This document shows, piece by piece, positions 39,188 to 52,160 of a stretch of DNA of 64,000 nt. The stretch comes from Octopus vulgaris (Eukaryota): contig OX597832.1 of assembly GCA_951406725.2 (NCBI GenBank), positions 13,764,001-13,828,000 on the forward strand, read 5' to 3'. A program made the position numbers and the translations under genes. Position 1 is the stretch's first letter, and the number at the start of each line of letters is the position of its first letter. The notes beneath the pieces are model-generated. The model did no database searches. It saw only the letters and a program-made list of their open reading frames with translations, and was not told the origin of the DNA.

Positions 39188-40360
39188 TTTCCTTGACTAA
39201 TAGCATATCGTCCATTCCGAAAGCAGATGTGTATAAACCCTTTACAATGAATCAATGAGATTACTCAAAAGCGATTGTATATGGAGAATCATTTAGATGT
39301 TAAAAAATAACATAAAAACACCGAGGGATGCCAGATATTGAATATTTTGTAGATTTATGTAAAGTATCGTACCGTGTATATTATATAACAGAAAATACAT
39401 AGTTATGCTGCCTGTGGAATTGGTTAGAACTTAATAAAATATATATTTTTACACATAATAAAATATTTATTTGTACCTAAACCAGCACTTAAAGATGCTT
39501 TAACTTATCTACTCAGGAACGAATAAATAAAACAAGATAACAACTGTGAGAAGTTTAACAATTCTTTGCAATTTATTTGACGATAGTTCTGCCTATATTT
39601 CACCCTATCAAAGTTATTAGAGTAAAGGAACCCGACGTTTATACATAACATAGAAATTTGACCCCACAAGAAAATGTCCAAGTAAAAGAAGAGCATTTGT
39701 GCTTAAGGGAACATCAGTAAACTCTTTAATCACTGTAACAACTTGGATATTCTGTGCAAAGGCTGCGGTTTTAATTTGTGCCGTAAAAAATCACTGTTCC
39801 CTTTACAAAGCACATATGGAAATAATTGTAGATCCAACTGGAATGACATAAGCGTATTTAGATACATTGCAGATAATTCAGTACTCTCCAAATTTCTAGA
39901 AGTTTCGTTTCGTAGAGAAAATACGCATCATGTGTAGTTCTACCTTATGTAAATGATCGAAGTAATTAAACAATTCTGATCTATTTCCTATGTTTTTTTT
40001 TTTCTGCAAGAATTAGTAAATGGACGACATGATGCCTTGGAGTTGACCAGCAAATATAATAGATGCATAGTTAGTGTTCTAAAAACGAAATTTTTAATCC
40101 TGCTATGTATGAAATTTCACTCCAGAAGGAAATATCAAATTATGGCAATTTGAATGTTGCATATCTAAGCCGGACTGTAATGTGAAATATTAACGCCGAT
40201 AAGGCAATGATTAAACTTCAAATAGAGACTTCTGATCTGGCAGTTAGAAAACAGATGCACAAACACACTTAGAAACATACATGCACACTCATACACGCAC
40301 ACACACGCGCACATGCACGTACACATATGGCTTTTTATGCGTGTGCGTGTGTATGTATTA

Positions 40361-40392
<32 letters not shown>

Positions 40393-40712
40393 AGATAGAG
40401 ATAGATGGGTAGAAAGATATATAGATACATACATACATATACACACTATTCTCAATAAATGACAAACTGACGAATAGAGTTCCACTGATTTCTCTCGGGA
40501 GTGCTTAGAAATTTATTTAACATTGCAAAATTTTACGCATTGGTGTTCTATAATTTCTCGTTTGATTATACTAAATTATAGTCTCCGCTCAATATCAATA
40601 ATTTAACGATATATATAATGATGAAAATAAAATGTTCTTCCAGATTCCCTTAATTTTGTCCGAATTTATAAATCTTTCTAAGAACTTGACTGAAACTTTG
40701 CATGTTATATTG

Positions 40713-41340
40713 CAGGGTTTTCTAAACTTTTTCAGAAATGTTTCCTTTTCGAATACGCGTATAATTACCATTGGTCCCCAAATTCTATCTTGAATAATAG
40801 TTTTGTAGCAGTTGACGCTATAATAGGTGTCAATAGGTTTATATTATACTTCTAAAGTTTCTTCTCATAGCACACACATTTTGCTAATAGGTTGATGACA
40901 AGGATAATGAACATGCTGTACGTCGTTTATTAAGGTGATACCTGTGGCTGATGGCGATCAACATGTTACGCAATATACGGTCTCAAATTAGATAATTGAG
41001 GATGCAACCACCAGGCAGTATTACGTAATTCGGTTCCTATATTTTTCTAACATGTGTTTTCCTTCTCTAAGGCATTTTCCCGAAGATCGGAGGACGGAAA
41101 ATCAATGAGCTAGCTGGGTTTCATTTTACATTATAGGATATATCAGACTGTATTGAAACCTAATTTTGCACGTTCGTTCATTCTCAAAAATCATCTGTAC
41201 TTTTTCATCCGTATTTCAAGCAATGGTGGACTTTTGTATAGCTGTTTATTCTGCCAATATGCTTGCAAATATGTTATTATCCACATCATAAAAATAGCTC
41301 TTGGAGTATTCATGCATAATGCTAACGTATTCTAAAATAT
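40713..41340 (-). mobile_element. hAT (Charlie/Buster-like) 3' relic
   Basis: TIR-like CAGGGTTTTCTAAACTTTTT; minus-strand remnant of the hAT C-terminus (..TYL...IQSDI...AH*). Confidence 0.4.
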
Positions 41341-41769
41341 AATCCAAATTAAAAATCTCTTACAATATAATAAAATTTGGCACCATACATTACTGTTCTT
41401 CAATAGTTTTTAATTTAATGCTAAAAACAAATTACTTCAGCGCCTTTCTTAAGACATTAAACACGAGCCCTCACCATCATATAATTTTGCTCATTATCCT
41501 TCATATAATTAAAGACCATGCTACTACCAAAATGAACGTTACGGATTTTATTGTGAAACACAGTTGAAGAGAATTTATTTTGATATTATTACGCTGCTTA
41601 ATTGTTTCTTTTTATTTTGGCAACTGGAAGTAGAATGAAACTGGTGTAAATTATAAGGAGCATGTAAAAAGGAAAAATAGTCAAGATATTTTTTTTACAT
41701 ATACGCGAGCTAAAGAAAATGTTAACTCAAGTTTATTTGTGTGTATTTCCTCTTGTCTTTTACGAGTTT

Positions 41770-41965
41770 CAATCATTAGATTTCAGCCATGCTCCTTATA
41801 TAATTTTAGAGCAAAGAATTAACCCACAACTTATACATTTTTAAAGCATGGTAGCTATTGCGTTGCTCCATTTTGCCGAACCACTAAGTTACAGAGATAT
41901 TTATTCAATAACACTTCATGTCAATAGGTGGTGAGGGACAAATGGAGACGTAGACACACACGCAT
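41770..41965 (-). mobile_element. SINE family A tail, old
   Basis: TTTCAATCATT...CAGCCATGCTCC...TTTTGCCGAACCACTAAGTTAC. Confidence 0.6.
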
Positions 41966-42525
41966 GGGTGTATGTGTGTATATACATAGATATGTGTGTG
42001 TGGTTGCGTATTTTGGGAATGTTGTTCTCTCTCTTTCTCTGTCTCTCTTTCTCCGTCACTCTCGACTGTATCCTATACGTTAAAGCTCAATGGCTTCAGG
42101 TCTGCTGTGGTAGCAGACCATGTGTTTGGGAGTACATGATCACGGAGATTGACAAGCTTTCAAAATGGTGTTCTCTGAAAAGTAGTAGTTCTTTGTAATG
42201 CTTCTGAATGACTTTCCTGGTGTTTATATCTGTTACTTTCTTATTGACTCTTTGTACAAAGTTATCCGTTGTAATGGCATTTGGTATCTGTTCAGATGGT
42301 ATGTGCATGCGTTTTGCGTTTTGCGCTTGACATATGACGACGTCGAATATTGACAGCGAAGTATCGGGAAACATTCAGGAAGCGAGATATCTCCTAATTT
42401 CTATGCGGCACCGTTACGGCAACGATTGAATCGTGACTTGTCATTTACTGTGTCAACATGATATCTGACATTAATTACCTGAAAATAAGGAAAATAATAT
42501 AATTTAGAATTAAGTTGGAACTCTG

Positions 42526-42574
<49 letters not shown>

Positions 42575-42785
42575 TTACGTATTTGAGGAGTTAGAAACCG
42601 GTCCTGCATTATCCGATTCTAGGTTGTCCATTTATCAGCTTTTCTTCCTAGAGGTAAGACAATGTTTTTTCATGTTTGTTGCACATACGCGTCTTTGCTA
42701 GTATATACGCAGTGAAGCTATACAATAGCATCGTATTTATTTCGATTGCAAAGTATAATTTAAAACACACAGTGAAATAAATTTA

Positions 42786-43475
42786 CATATGAATTTATAA
42801 AGAAGTGAACGAAATTACATATAAAGTCATATGAGAGAAGTATACGTTATGTACGTTGGGTTCAGGTATAGAATGGAGGAGTGACAAAGAAAGCGATAAA
42901 AATTCGAGGTAAGGGCTTCCAGAAAGCACTGTCCAAATCGATTAAGAATACGATATGTTGGATGAAAGTTCAAAATTTAAAAATTCAGGGGTTAATAGTT
43001 AGATAAAATTAATATATACAGATTCGGGTTAATTAGGGTAAAGGATATCATCTACGGCCGTTTCAGGCGTGCCATAAATTTATAAAGGGTGTTATAAGTA
43101 TTCAAAATACAGAAACCATCCTGATGAGGGGGGCATTATATTTCTGTATTTGGAATTTATACATTCTACCCCGGAAATAGCCGTAGTTCTTATGCTTTAC
43201 TCAAAATTCTCCGAATCTGTATATGTTTATTTTATCTACTCATTTATCTACTTACCCCTAATTTTTTAAATTTTGAACGCTCATTTAACATATCGCAGAA
43301 ACATCAATCTCTTAATCGATTCGGACAGTTCCTTCTGGAAGCCTTTACATTGAATGTTTATCTCTTTATTTGTCACTCCTCCATTTGGTACCTGAAACCA
43401 ACGCACGTCATGCATAATTTTGACACATAACTTTTACATGTAATTTCGTTCATTTATTTATAAATTCATGAGAAA
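42786..43475. mobile_element. Imperfect inverted-repeat element of about 690 bp with an HHR at its centre
   Basis: Arms at about 42786-43115 and 43141-43475 (GGCTTCCAGAA/TTCTGGAAGCC; GTTCAAAATTTAAAAA/TTTTTAAATTTTGAAC; ATACAGATTCGG/CCGAATCTGTAT). Confidence 0.82.
43117..43190 (+). ncRNA. Hammerhead ribozyme (degenerate) with long stem II; partner half-site on the minus strand at 43048-43064
   Basis: CATC CTGATGA GGGG...CCCCG GAAA TAGCCG TA. The opposite arm reads GAAA CGGCCG TA GATG, identical to the HHR at 19110. Confidence 0.65.
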
Positions 43476-43680
43476 AGTTATTTCGTTGTATGTTTCAAAT
43501 TATACTTGGGAATTTGTAGTATTTGCCTAGATGTTTTCCTTCTATAATTTCCCTTATATTTCGATCTACATCGAAATGAGCGCTTCTTAATACTGTTAAT
43601 ATATTGTGAAGTGTACTTAAAAAGGCACTGATAGTTTAACTTATACATATATGTATAAGCATACATACATACATACACAC

Positions 43681-43723
<43 letters not shown>

Positions 43724-43765
43724 TACACTATATACGTATATGTAAATATATATATATGTATGCAT

Positions 43766-43797
<32 letters not shown>

Positions 43798-45254
43798 GTA
43801 TACTTATATATACATGTATATATATATATATTTATTATATACATATATGTAAATATGTATATGCACTTCTATATAACATAAGCATGTTTGTCTGCACGTA
43901 CGCACATGTATACATATGTGCTTGTTCTCTCAATTTATGTCACAAACACTTTATATGTGAGTGTGTTTGTTTGTGTGCACCCCAGTATGTATCATTGAAT
44001 ATAAATTCTATTTTTGTTACAGGTCCAGATATCAGTTAATCATATTGTAAGACCTCCTTTTCCTGCGTTATAAAATGTGTACCTTTCCCGTTTTATTTTT
44101 CCTTTCTCATTCATTTTAATAGTGTATTTCTGTGCATTTCTTTCTAACCAATATCAAGCAGCAGCCATTGTTCTAAATATCGGTTTTTGCAATCAACGTG
44201 AATAACGTACACACACAGAAGTATCACCGTCGTGATTTTTTTTTCTCTCTTTCGTTGTTGCACATTTAATGTCACTTTTATGTGTTTTTCGATAAATGAA
44301 ACTCATGGCTGTTCTAGAGTGTCAAACATTAAAGATCCTCCAGGAAAATGGATTGTGTTATTTACTCGCGAGTATTTTTCTTACTCGTCTACAATCCCAC
44401 TGCGATCGACTTTGCCTATCATCTCTCTTGGGAGTCTTTTAAAATAGACGCTGGTCTACGATAGAATCGATATAAAACTCTATGCTGCTCCACTACAGTT
44501 CTTAGCCTTTTGGCAATTTGATAAATCAATATTAGCAAACAGTCTCTCGTAACAATACTTCATTTATTTGACTGTTCCAGTGAGATTGGGAAATGCATGA
44601 ACTGCACGATATCCATGTATATTAGTTTTCCTTTTGATTTAAAATACAAGCATTCTTTACAACGTCATATATGTAAACAAACACACACAGACACACGCGC
44701 ACGCACGTGTGCATGTATGTATGTATGTATATATGCATGCATAGAATACGAGGTCAACCGTAATGTAGAATACTTAATATACGTACATTATCAAGTGTTT
44801 CCCTGTTTCTCTCCACATTTCTCACACAAATAAATTGCTTAACATATTTTATTTTTATCTGAGAAAACTTCTCAGCAGCTCATAGGCGGAGTTATTGAAA
44901 TATAGGTGAAAAATAACTGATAATCTGTGATGAATATAAAACGAAGGAAGCCACATATGGAGTTGCATATATAGGTCTTATTTCATTCAGTCACATCGTA
45001 TATATTGCATTCAATCTTGTTAAATGAACATACATACTCACAAATATATATGAATGTGCCAATCTATTATCTGTCTACATGTCAATCTGCCTATCTTCTT
45101 CTCTGTGTTCCTGTCCCTCTATCTATCTATCTGTTCTTCTTTCTTTCTGTATATACGTATCTATATGCTCTCAGATACATGCATACATGCATTCTTCCAT
45201 ATATACATACGTATATATACATACGTATTCTTCCATATATACATACGTATATAC

Positions 45255-45314
<60 letters not shown>

Positions 45315-45410
45315 ATAAAACGGTAAGATAACAAAAGAAAGAAAGAGACCTCAATATTATGTAAATAGAGGAAATTTATCTATACAATATGTTACATTAC
45401 TCGGTAGTCA

Positions 45411-45472
45411 AGATAAAACTCTGAGTTTCAGATGCCGAAGTGGAAATCCACAACACCATCTCATCGGTTATC
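45411..45472 (-). ncRNA. Mirror-copy hammerhead ribozyme
   Basis: Reverse complement of 45516-45577. Confidence 0.75.
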
Positions 45473-45514
45473 AGGCTATTTGAAAACGTTATCAAATAAC
45501 GTTTTCAAATAGCC

Positions 45515-45577
45515 AGATAACCGATGAGATGGTGTTGTGGATTTCCACTTCGGCATCTGAAACTCAGAGTTTTATCT
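45515..45577 (+). ncRNA. Hammerhead ribozyme with CCGATGA core variant
   Basis: AGATAA CCGATGA GATG-GTGTT-GTGGA TT TCCAC-TTCGG-CATC T GAAA CTC A GAG TT TTATCT. Confidence 0.75.
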
Positions 45578-45593
45578 TGACTACCGAGTAATG

Positions 45594-45659
<66 letters not shown>

Positions 45660-46379
45660 TATACCTGTTGGAGTGCGTTCATAGTAATTGTAACATAATG
45701 ACGTTTACTATAGTAATATAGATCTTGTGTGTAAAATTGAACTAAATTTGACTTATTAAACGCTTCGCTTGATTTGTAGTTTTATACACCCATTATAAAA
45801 AATAATTATGAAAATAAATATAAAACTCAAAATCATGACACCTTAAAGTATTTTGTTTTTAATTCACATAAAACGCTGGTGTATGGACTTTTAGTTTCCT
45901 ATCTTCTTTATAAATCTGTGAATTCTGTTCAACAACAAAGCCCTAGAAATTAGTGGGAATAGTGGGTTAACATATAAAGTCTACCTCCAATAAACAAACA
46001 CCTTAGGGTAGATTTCAAAAAATAGTATGTTTCGCCTCGTAGTTAACTTTTGTTCTGAAAGTTAAGACAAAGGTGAGAATAATTGTATATTAATAGTTTC
46101 CCTCTTCTATAGACATGCTGCGAATACCAGCTATAGCTGCAGTCAGAATATGAGCAGCCAATCATTACAAATTTCAACTGCGGCTTTGTTGGATGTTGAG
46201 CATAAGCGATGTATTTGATGATAAATCCGTAATATATAGGGCTTTTGTGACTGCTAACACAATTTTCTATGTAAAGATAAATAAATAAGAAGGAAGGTGA
46301 ATTCAAGAAAAAGTTTTGTCACGTGACATATTTTAGGGACAATATCATGAGAATTGCAACAAACTACAGAAGGAATGTT

Positions 46380-48450
46380 AAGATCGGTAGAATTATCGAG
46401 CAGGGTAACCTAAAACAAACACAAATTTACGCATTCCAACAGAACCGATACGGAATTTGTATATAATTTGAAATGCACATACTTGCCGACAAAGCAAAAC
46501 ATATGGGAAACAAAGAAAGAGCACAAAAGCGCGTTATAAATGCAGGCAACAAATCGTACAATGAAACAACCATAGATTACGAAATGAGGTACCTAACCAA
46601 TATCTTAAACATAGAGATCGAAAATATCACTTCGTGATGGGTCCCTCCTTCCTAGATTTAAGGATTACAAGCCAAAATTTAATTTTTACTCCTAACCGAG
46701 AAATAGTTATTGTTATTTCCATAACCGAGAAATAGCTATAGTGATTTCTCGGTGGCATCAACAATTTCATCAGAAAGGATCCTGTGATGACTTATCAGAA
46801 TAGCAGTGAAAATTTGACAAGTAGGCTGCTTATATCGAAAACAGGGTTTTCTAGAAATACACCCAGCTTTGATATCATAGACGTTTACACTTTAATATAG
46901 AAATCCCGACATCTGAGTGCCTAAGAATGTTAGATAATTTACCATAATCAGCGACATAAATATCAAAATAATAATTATCACTAGGAAGTCACTTCTCTAT
47001 CATGTATATTCCAGTTGCTTAAAATATGAAAGGCGATCTACTATTCGATGTATCTCTGGGGTTTCTGATCGAAAGAAATCAGCTTATGAGATGTTACCTC
47101 AAATATAGGAATGTTGTCGTCCTGGATGGAACCCTAGACACCAAGACGAATAACTGCAACGCTACACCTACCTGTATACTGCTCAATTCATGGATATTTC
47201 AACCATACCACTTTGTCGTCGCTATCGGCAAAATTAGAGGACAAAGGATTTGTAACTTTAATAATATTATACAGGGTTCCATACCCCTACCTCAAAACAG
47301 AATAAAGCTATAAAGAGAACTGTATTCCGATGTAATTACTCATTCAAGGAAGTTCGTTCCATTATTGTACATGCGAGATTCCAGGTGCTAAGTAGGGAAG
47401 ACTTAAGAAATCTTATATAACATAAAAGAAAACGTGTATACCATATTAGAAACCTATATATCATATAACAAACGAAAACATATCATAGCTACACATATGT
47501 ATAAAATATCGCTTCCCACAATGCAAGTCATAATAAAGGCAATAACAGGCAATAAAGAAAATGGTCACTACATACTCAAATACGTTATTACTGAAATGCT
47601 ACAAACCTTCCAGTTGGCAGTTGTTCATTGAGCCATTCTTCGAACATATGACTACGTACTGTGTAACTACAGAGGAAATCAGTGCTAATAACTTTACACG
47701 TAGAGGTTCTGGAGGAATAAGAATGATGTTTCCTGCGTGACAAGGAATATTGTGAAGCGTACCGCTCTTTATTCGCAACGATTCAGTAATTGTTGTCTAT
47801 CACTTCATGAGAAACTGCATATCTTGACGAAGCATTTAATGTCAATCTGCAGAAAAGTGGAATTATTATTTTGTCAATAGATTTACAATGTTTTAACTAG
47901 CTTGAACTTATAGACCTGCGACAAACTGGATACTCCGCACTAAGTATGGAGAGAGAGAACACAATCAGTAGCTGGTTATATAAGCCTTTTTGCCCACACG
48001 ATTTAATTTTCTCACCCGAGAACCATTCTAGTCACTCAAATTTCTATTTAATGAAACACAATATGATAGTTTACAAACTTATAGCGCTTTAAATATTCCT
48101 CATTGAAAAATACCGACTACCTGACATCACAATTGTGTCCGTACTAACATATGGAGCACCCAGTGAAACAAATTCTTGTCGCAAAGATAATTTTAACAGC
48201 CATGGAACTTGCAATGATCCATGGAGTCCAAAACGCTCTCAGCTGAAAGCTGTTTCAAGTATTTCAAAAATCTCAGTTAAATCCAGGTACAATGATCAAC
48301 TTTCTTGTTTTAGGAACGTCAAGGGGATACACGCAACGACCGTCCCGATATTAATCTGGAGACTCAAGGAGAAGAACATCAACTACAATATGAAATAGAT
48401 CATTTCTAAAGCAGAATCACATATTAACGGAACTAAATATATTACGCATG
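46380..48450 (+). mobile_element. Highly decayed Jockey/I-like LINE
   Basis: LFA(D)DSVI-like RT motif near 47769 (frameshifted) and IVYKLIA...SVLTYGAP near 48065-48160; A-rich plus strand. Boundaries are uncertain. Confidence 0.45.
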
Positions 48451-48911
48451 GTCACATGTAAAAATATATCATTGGAAAAATTAAAAAAACATATGAAACT
48501 TCAGGGTCTGCATAAATATTAGGAGAGAGAGTTTTTCTTGTTGTCCGTATTTTAGAAAATGGATCATAGCAAGAAGTAAAGATAAACTATCAGACATATA
48601 CTAACACATTGGGTAATAAAATTTCTGATACTCGTAAAAATATGATTATATTTTATGGGCAGTAATTATCTCCTTTTAGCTACTGTCTGTCTCTTTCAAA
48701 ATACTCTTTCAAAATACGAGTTCTTACCGAAATCTTGATTGCATCGACTGTATATACAACACCTTCTATAATAGATGGCGAAATAAGTAAACATTTCCGT
48801 TAGGAAAACTATAGTAAGAGTTTTTCGCAAGTCTCTTAGTGGTCTTTTAGTGCAATTATAATAATAATAATAATAATAAAGATGATGATGATAACAATAA
48901 CAACAACAACC

Positions 48912-48956
<45 letters not shown>

Positions 48957-49110
48957 GACGTGTTACAGCGAGCTGCTGGGAGGATAGCGCAAATCTGGTA
49001 CCACCACGAAGCAGAAAGTAAGTATCCGAAAAAAATTAAAGAAAACTATGTTATAATGTAAGCAATCTCAGGAAACTGAAAGATTTTTCTTACATAAAGT
49101 GTGTACATAT

Positions 49111-49221
<111 letters not shown>

Positions 49222-49569
49222 AAAAGATAGCTTCCCCAAGATGCACAGCCATAGCAACATGAGTGTAAAAATGTAAACACGGCAATATTTCCAAACTGCA
49301 AACCTGTGAGTACAGTTTTACAATTTTAATTTCAATTACATATTTATCCATATTTATACAAGACCTCTCTTTATACATATATATGCGCATTGATGCTTTT
49401 TCTCAGTCTTTCGCTAATATATCAATAATAATTGTAACTCCGAAAGAAATATTAACACATGACCATGAATGGTGTTCAGTTAAAAAGTAAACATTTTAAA
49501 AATGAATCCATAACAAAACAGATCAAAAGAGAAAGAACGGTCGACAGATAACGGTAAATACTATGAAAT

Positions 49570-49935
49570 AGTTGATTGTGATCCAGACACACTACCTGCC
49601 ACTACTCCTACAAAAACATACAGGAATAAACTCATACCCCGCATGTCCTACTATAATAACTATATGTGCCATAGAAGACCGATACGTAACAGAAGGCACA
49701 AACTGCGCTGCAAAAACAAAACATAATGCAAAAACTAATACAACAGGGGACTGAAACCAAACCTCAAAACTAAATATACTGATACAATAAAATATCAAAC
49801 TTACGCTGCACACCCCACCGCACCAGCACAATAGTGCAGCAAAGGATGCAAACAAACGTTGTTTAAGACTATAAGTTGACGAAAAATAATAGTGCTGATG
49901 ACGTTTGGTATCGAAAGTTACCTTACATCAGTTTA
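49570..49935 (+). mobile_element. Decayed PLE 3' end with HHR remnant
   Basis: KLIQ/GLKPNL resembles the PLE endonuclease C-terminus. GTG CTGATGA CGTTTGGTATC GAAA GTTACC TTA CAT lies at 49892-49928. Confidence 0.45.
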
Positions 49936-49944
49936 TGAGAGACA

Positions 49945-51712
49945 GGAGTCCCCGAGGAATATCTGGTGGTAAGCCGGTCCTTTCAAAAAATTCCTCTTAT
50001 TCGGCAGTGGTTTAGTAATGTTGCAGTCTGATCAGAGCTGTTATCCTAATACAACATCAGCAGATAATAGAGTACACAGGAGGAAGTAGACCAGCAAAGA
50101 AAAGAGGATAGTGATGTAGTGCTACTTAGAACGTAAACCTAAAAGGAGGGTTATAGAAAACAGATGTTAGCACTTTGGTGAGAAAAGGGAACGTTGAAAG
50201 TGACTGAGTAGAAATTAGTTGATCAAGCTAATGATATCAGGAGAATATTGATGAGAGAATTGAAGGTAGCAGAGTTAACAAAAAAAAACTGGAAAAAAAA
50301 GATCAGGCAGTTCGAAACTCAAACAACAATATGAGAGATATAGCTGAAACCAAAGAAGAATCTAAAGGAAAAAAATAATAGCAGCGCTGTCAATCAGGAA
50401 GGGACAATTGGCACCAGTAACTCAAGTGATGTACGTGAGGAGGATCAGAAGATTTTAGATGAGTTCAAGGAAGTAATCAGTACAGAAGTAAGAAAAAGAT
50501 TACCAGTATTAAAGGGCTACAACAGACGGAGGTTGTTAGAAATAGCCAGGAATCTTAGGATAGATACTAAAAAGATAGGAGACGCTAATATATCAATATA
50601 TGCAGGAGAGTCAGTAGTTACTAGAAAATTAGATATCTCATAGGGATATATTAAAAAAGAGCAAATGCTCAAAAGGTGATTATAAAATAAAGTGAAGGCT
50701 TTAACACAAGGTCTAACTAGGAAAGAAGCCTGGAAACTGAACAAGTTAGGAAACATAAGATGCAAACCTTCCCTTGAGAAATGATACTTAGTCAAAGAGA
50801 AAGGATTTGTGACAATGGTAGAAGAATTGAAGCAGCATACCATACCAGGCAAGATCTCGAAGTATAAGAAAAGAATAGATCAATATCAAATGATTAGATT
50901 ATTTGAGACAGACTAGAGGAGATTTTATAACCAAATGAATAGTGGAGAAAGAAGTACTGACGACGAGAAACCTAATACAGACGAAGCTAGAAAGATCCGG
51001 AGTAATATTTGGGATAACACACTCAATCATAATGGAGACGCAGTACGGTCAAAGAAACTGGGGGAAGAAATAGTGAGTGAGCAGTCAGATCTAAGACTAA
51101 CTAGTGCATTAATGTGTAAAGTGGTAGGAAAACTGCCAAATTGGAAACCCCCAGGGCCAGATTTATTTGAAGGGTATTGACTAAAGAAATTCAGTAGTTT
51201 ACATGGGAGGTTGAGGGAAGAAACTCAGGGTTGCCTTAATGGAGGAATAATACTAGATTAGATGACCAGAAGTAGGACAATACTCATAATGAAAGATAAG
51301 AGCAAGCGTAATACAGCTATCAACCATAGACCAATCACTTGCTCACGATTTATGTGGAGGCCGCTAAGAGGAATGCCTTCTGAAAGGATTTATGAATATC
51401 TTGACAAACAGAATTTACTATCAGAATAACAGAAACGTTGCAAGAGAGAGGCTAGAGGAACACATGACCTATTAAACATAGACAAAGCAGTTCTAAATGA
51501 AGGACAGGCTAGAAAGAAAAATATAACAATATCATGGATAGATTATAGGAAAGCCTATAACATGATCCACCACTCATGGATAAGTGAGCATTTCATTTAG
51601 TACAGCAGACAACATAAGACAATAATTAGCTTTAGCATGAAGAGATGGAAAGTATACCTCTACTTGGGTTACAGATAGTAGATCTCTACTCATTTTAGGG
51701 AAGTCAATATCT
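49945..51712 (+). mobile_element. R4/Dong-like non-LTR retrotransposon 5' region through RT N-terminus, decayed
   Basis: KLPNWKPPGPD...GY.LK.F...LIMKDKSK...NHRPITC...NLLSE.QK.CKR..RGTHDLL.IDKAVL....RKKN..ISWIDYRKAYNMI.HSWI. Confidence 0.85.
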
Positions 51713-51844
51713 TGCGATCGTGAATGCAAACAACCTAACCATTAAGCCATGCGTCCTCATACACAACAGCAACAAAGGCAGCAACAAAAACAACAATAAT
51801 AATAATAATAATAATAATAATATAGTATATATACATATATAGCC

Positions 51845-52160
51845 CTGCTATAGCCCTGGGCCGACCAATGCCTTGTGAGTGGATTTGGTAGACGGAAACT
51901 GAAAGAAGCCTGTCGTATATATGTATATATATATATGTGTGTGTGTGTGTTTGTGTGTCTCTGTTTGTCCCCCTAGCATTGCTTGACAACCGATGCTGGT
52001 GTGTTTACGTCCCCGTTACTTAGCGATTCGGCAAAAGAGACCGATAGAATAAGTACTAGGCTTACAAAGAATAAGTTCCGGGATCGATTTGCTCGACTAA
52101 AGGCGGTGCTCCAGCATGGCCGCAGTCAAATGACTGAAACAAGTAAAAGAGTAAAATAGT
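51845..52160 (+). mobile_element. SINE family A, 5'-truncated and young
   Basis: High identity to 32761-33060. Confidence 0.92.

Larger units (their letters stand above)
45391..45597. repeat. 207-bp near-perfect palindrome (102-bp arms, 3-nt spacer, 1 mismatch)
   Basis: 45391-45492 is the reverse complement of 45496-45597. The left unit extends to about 45316; (TA)n lies on both sides. Confidence 0.95.
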
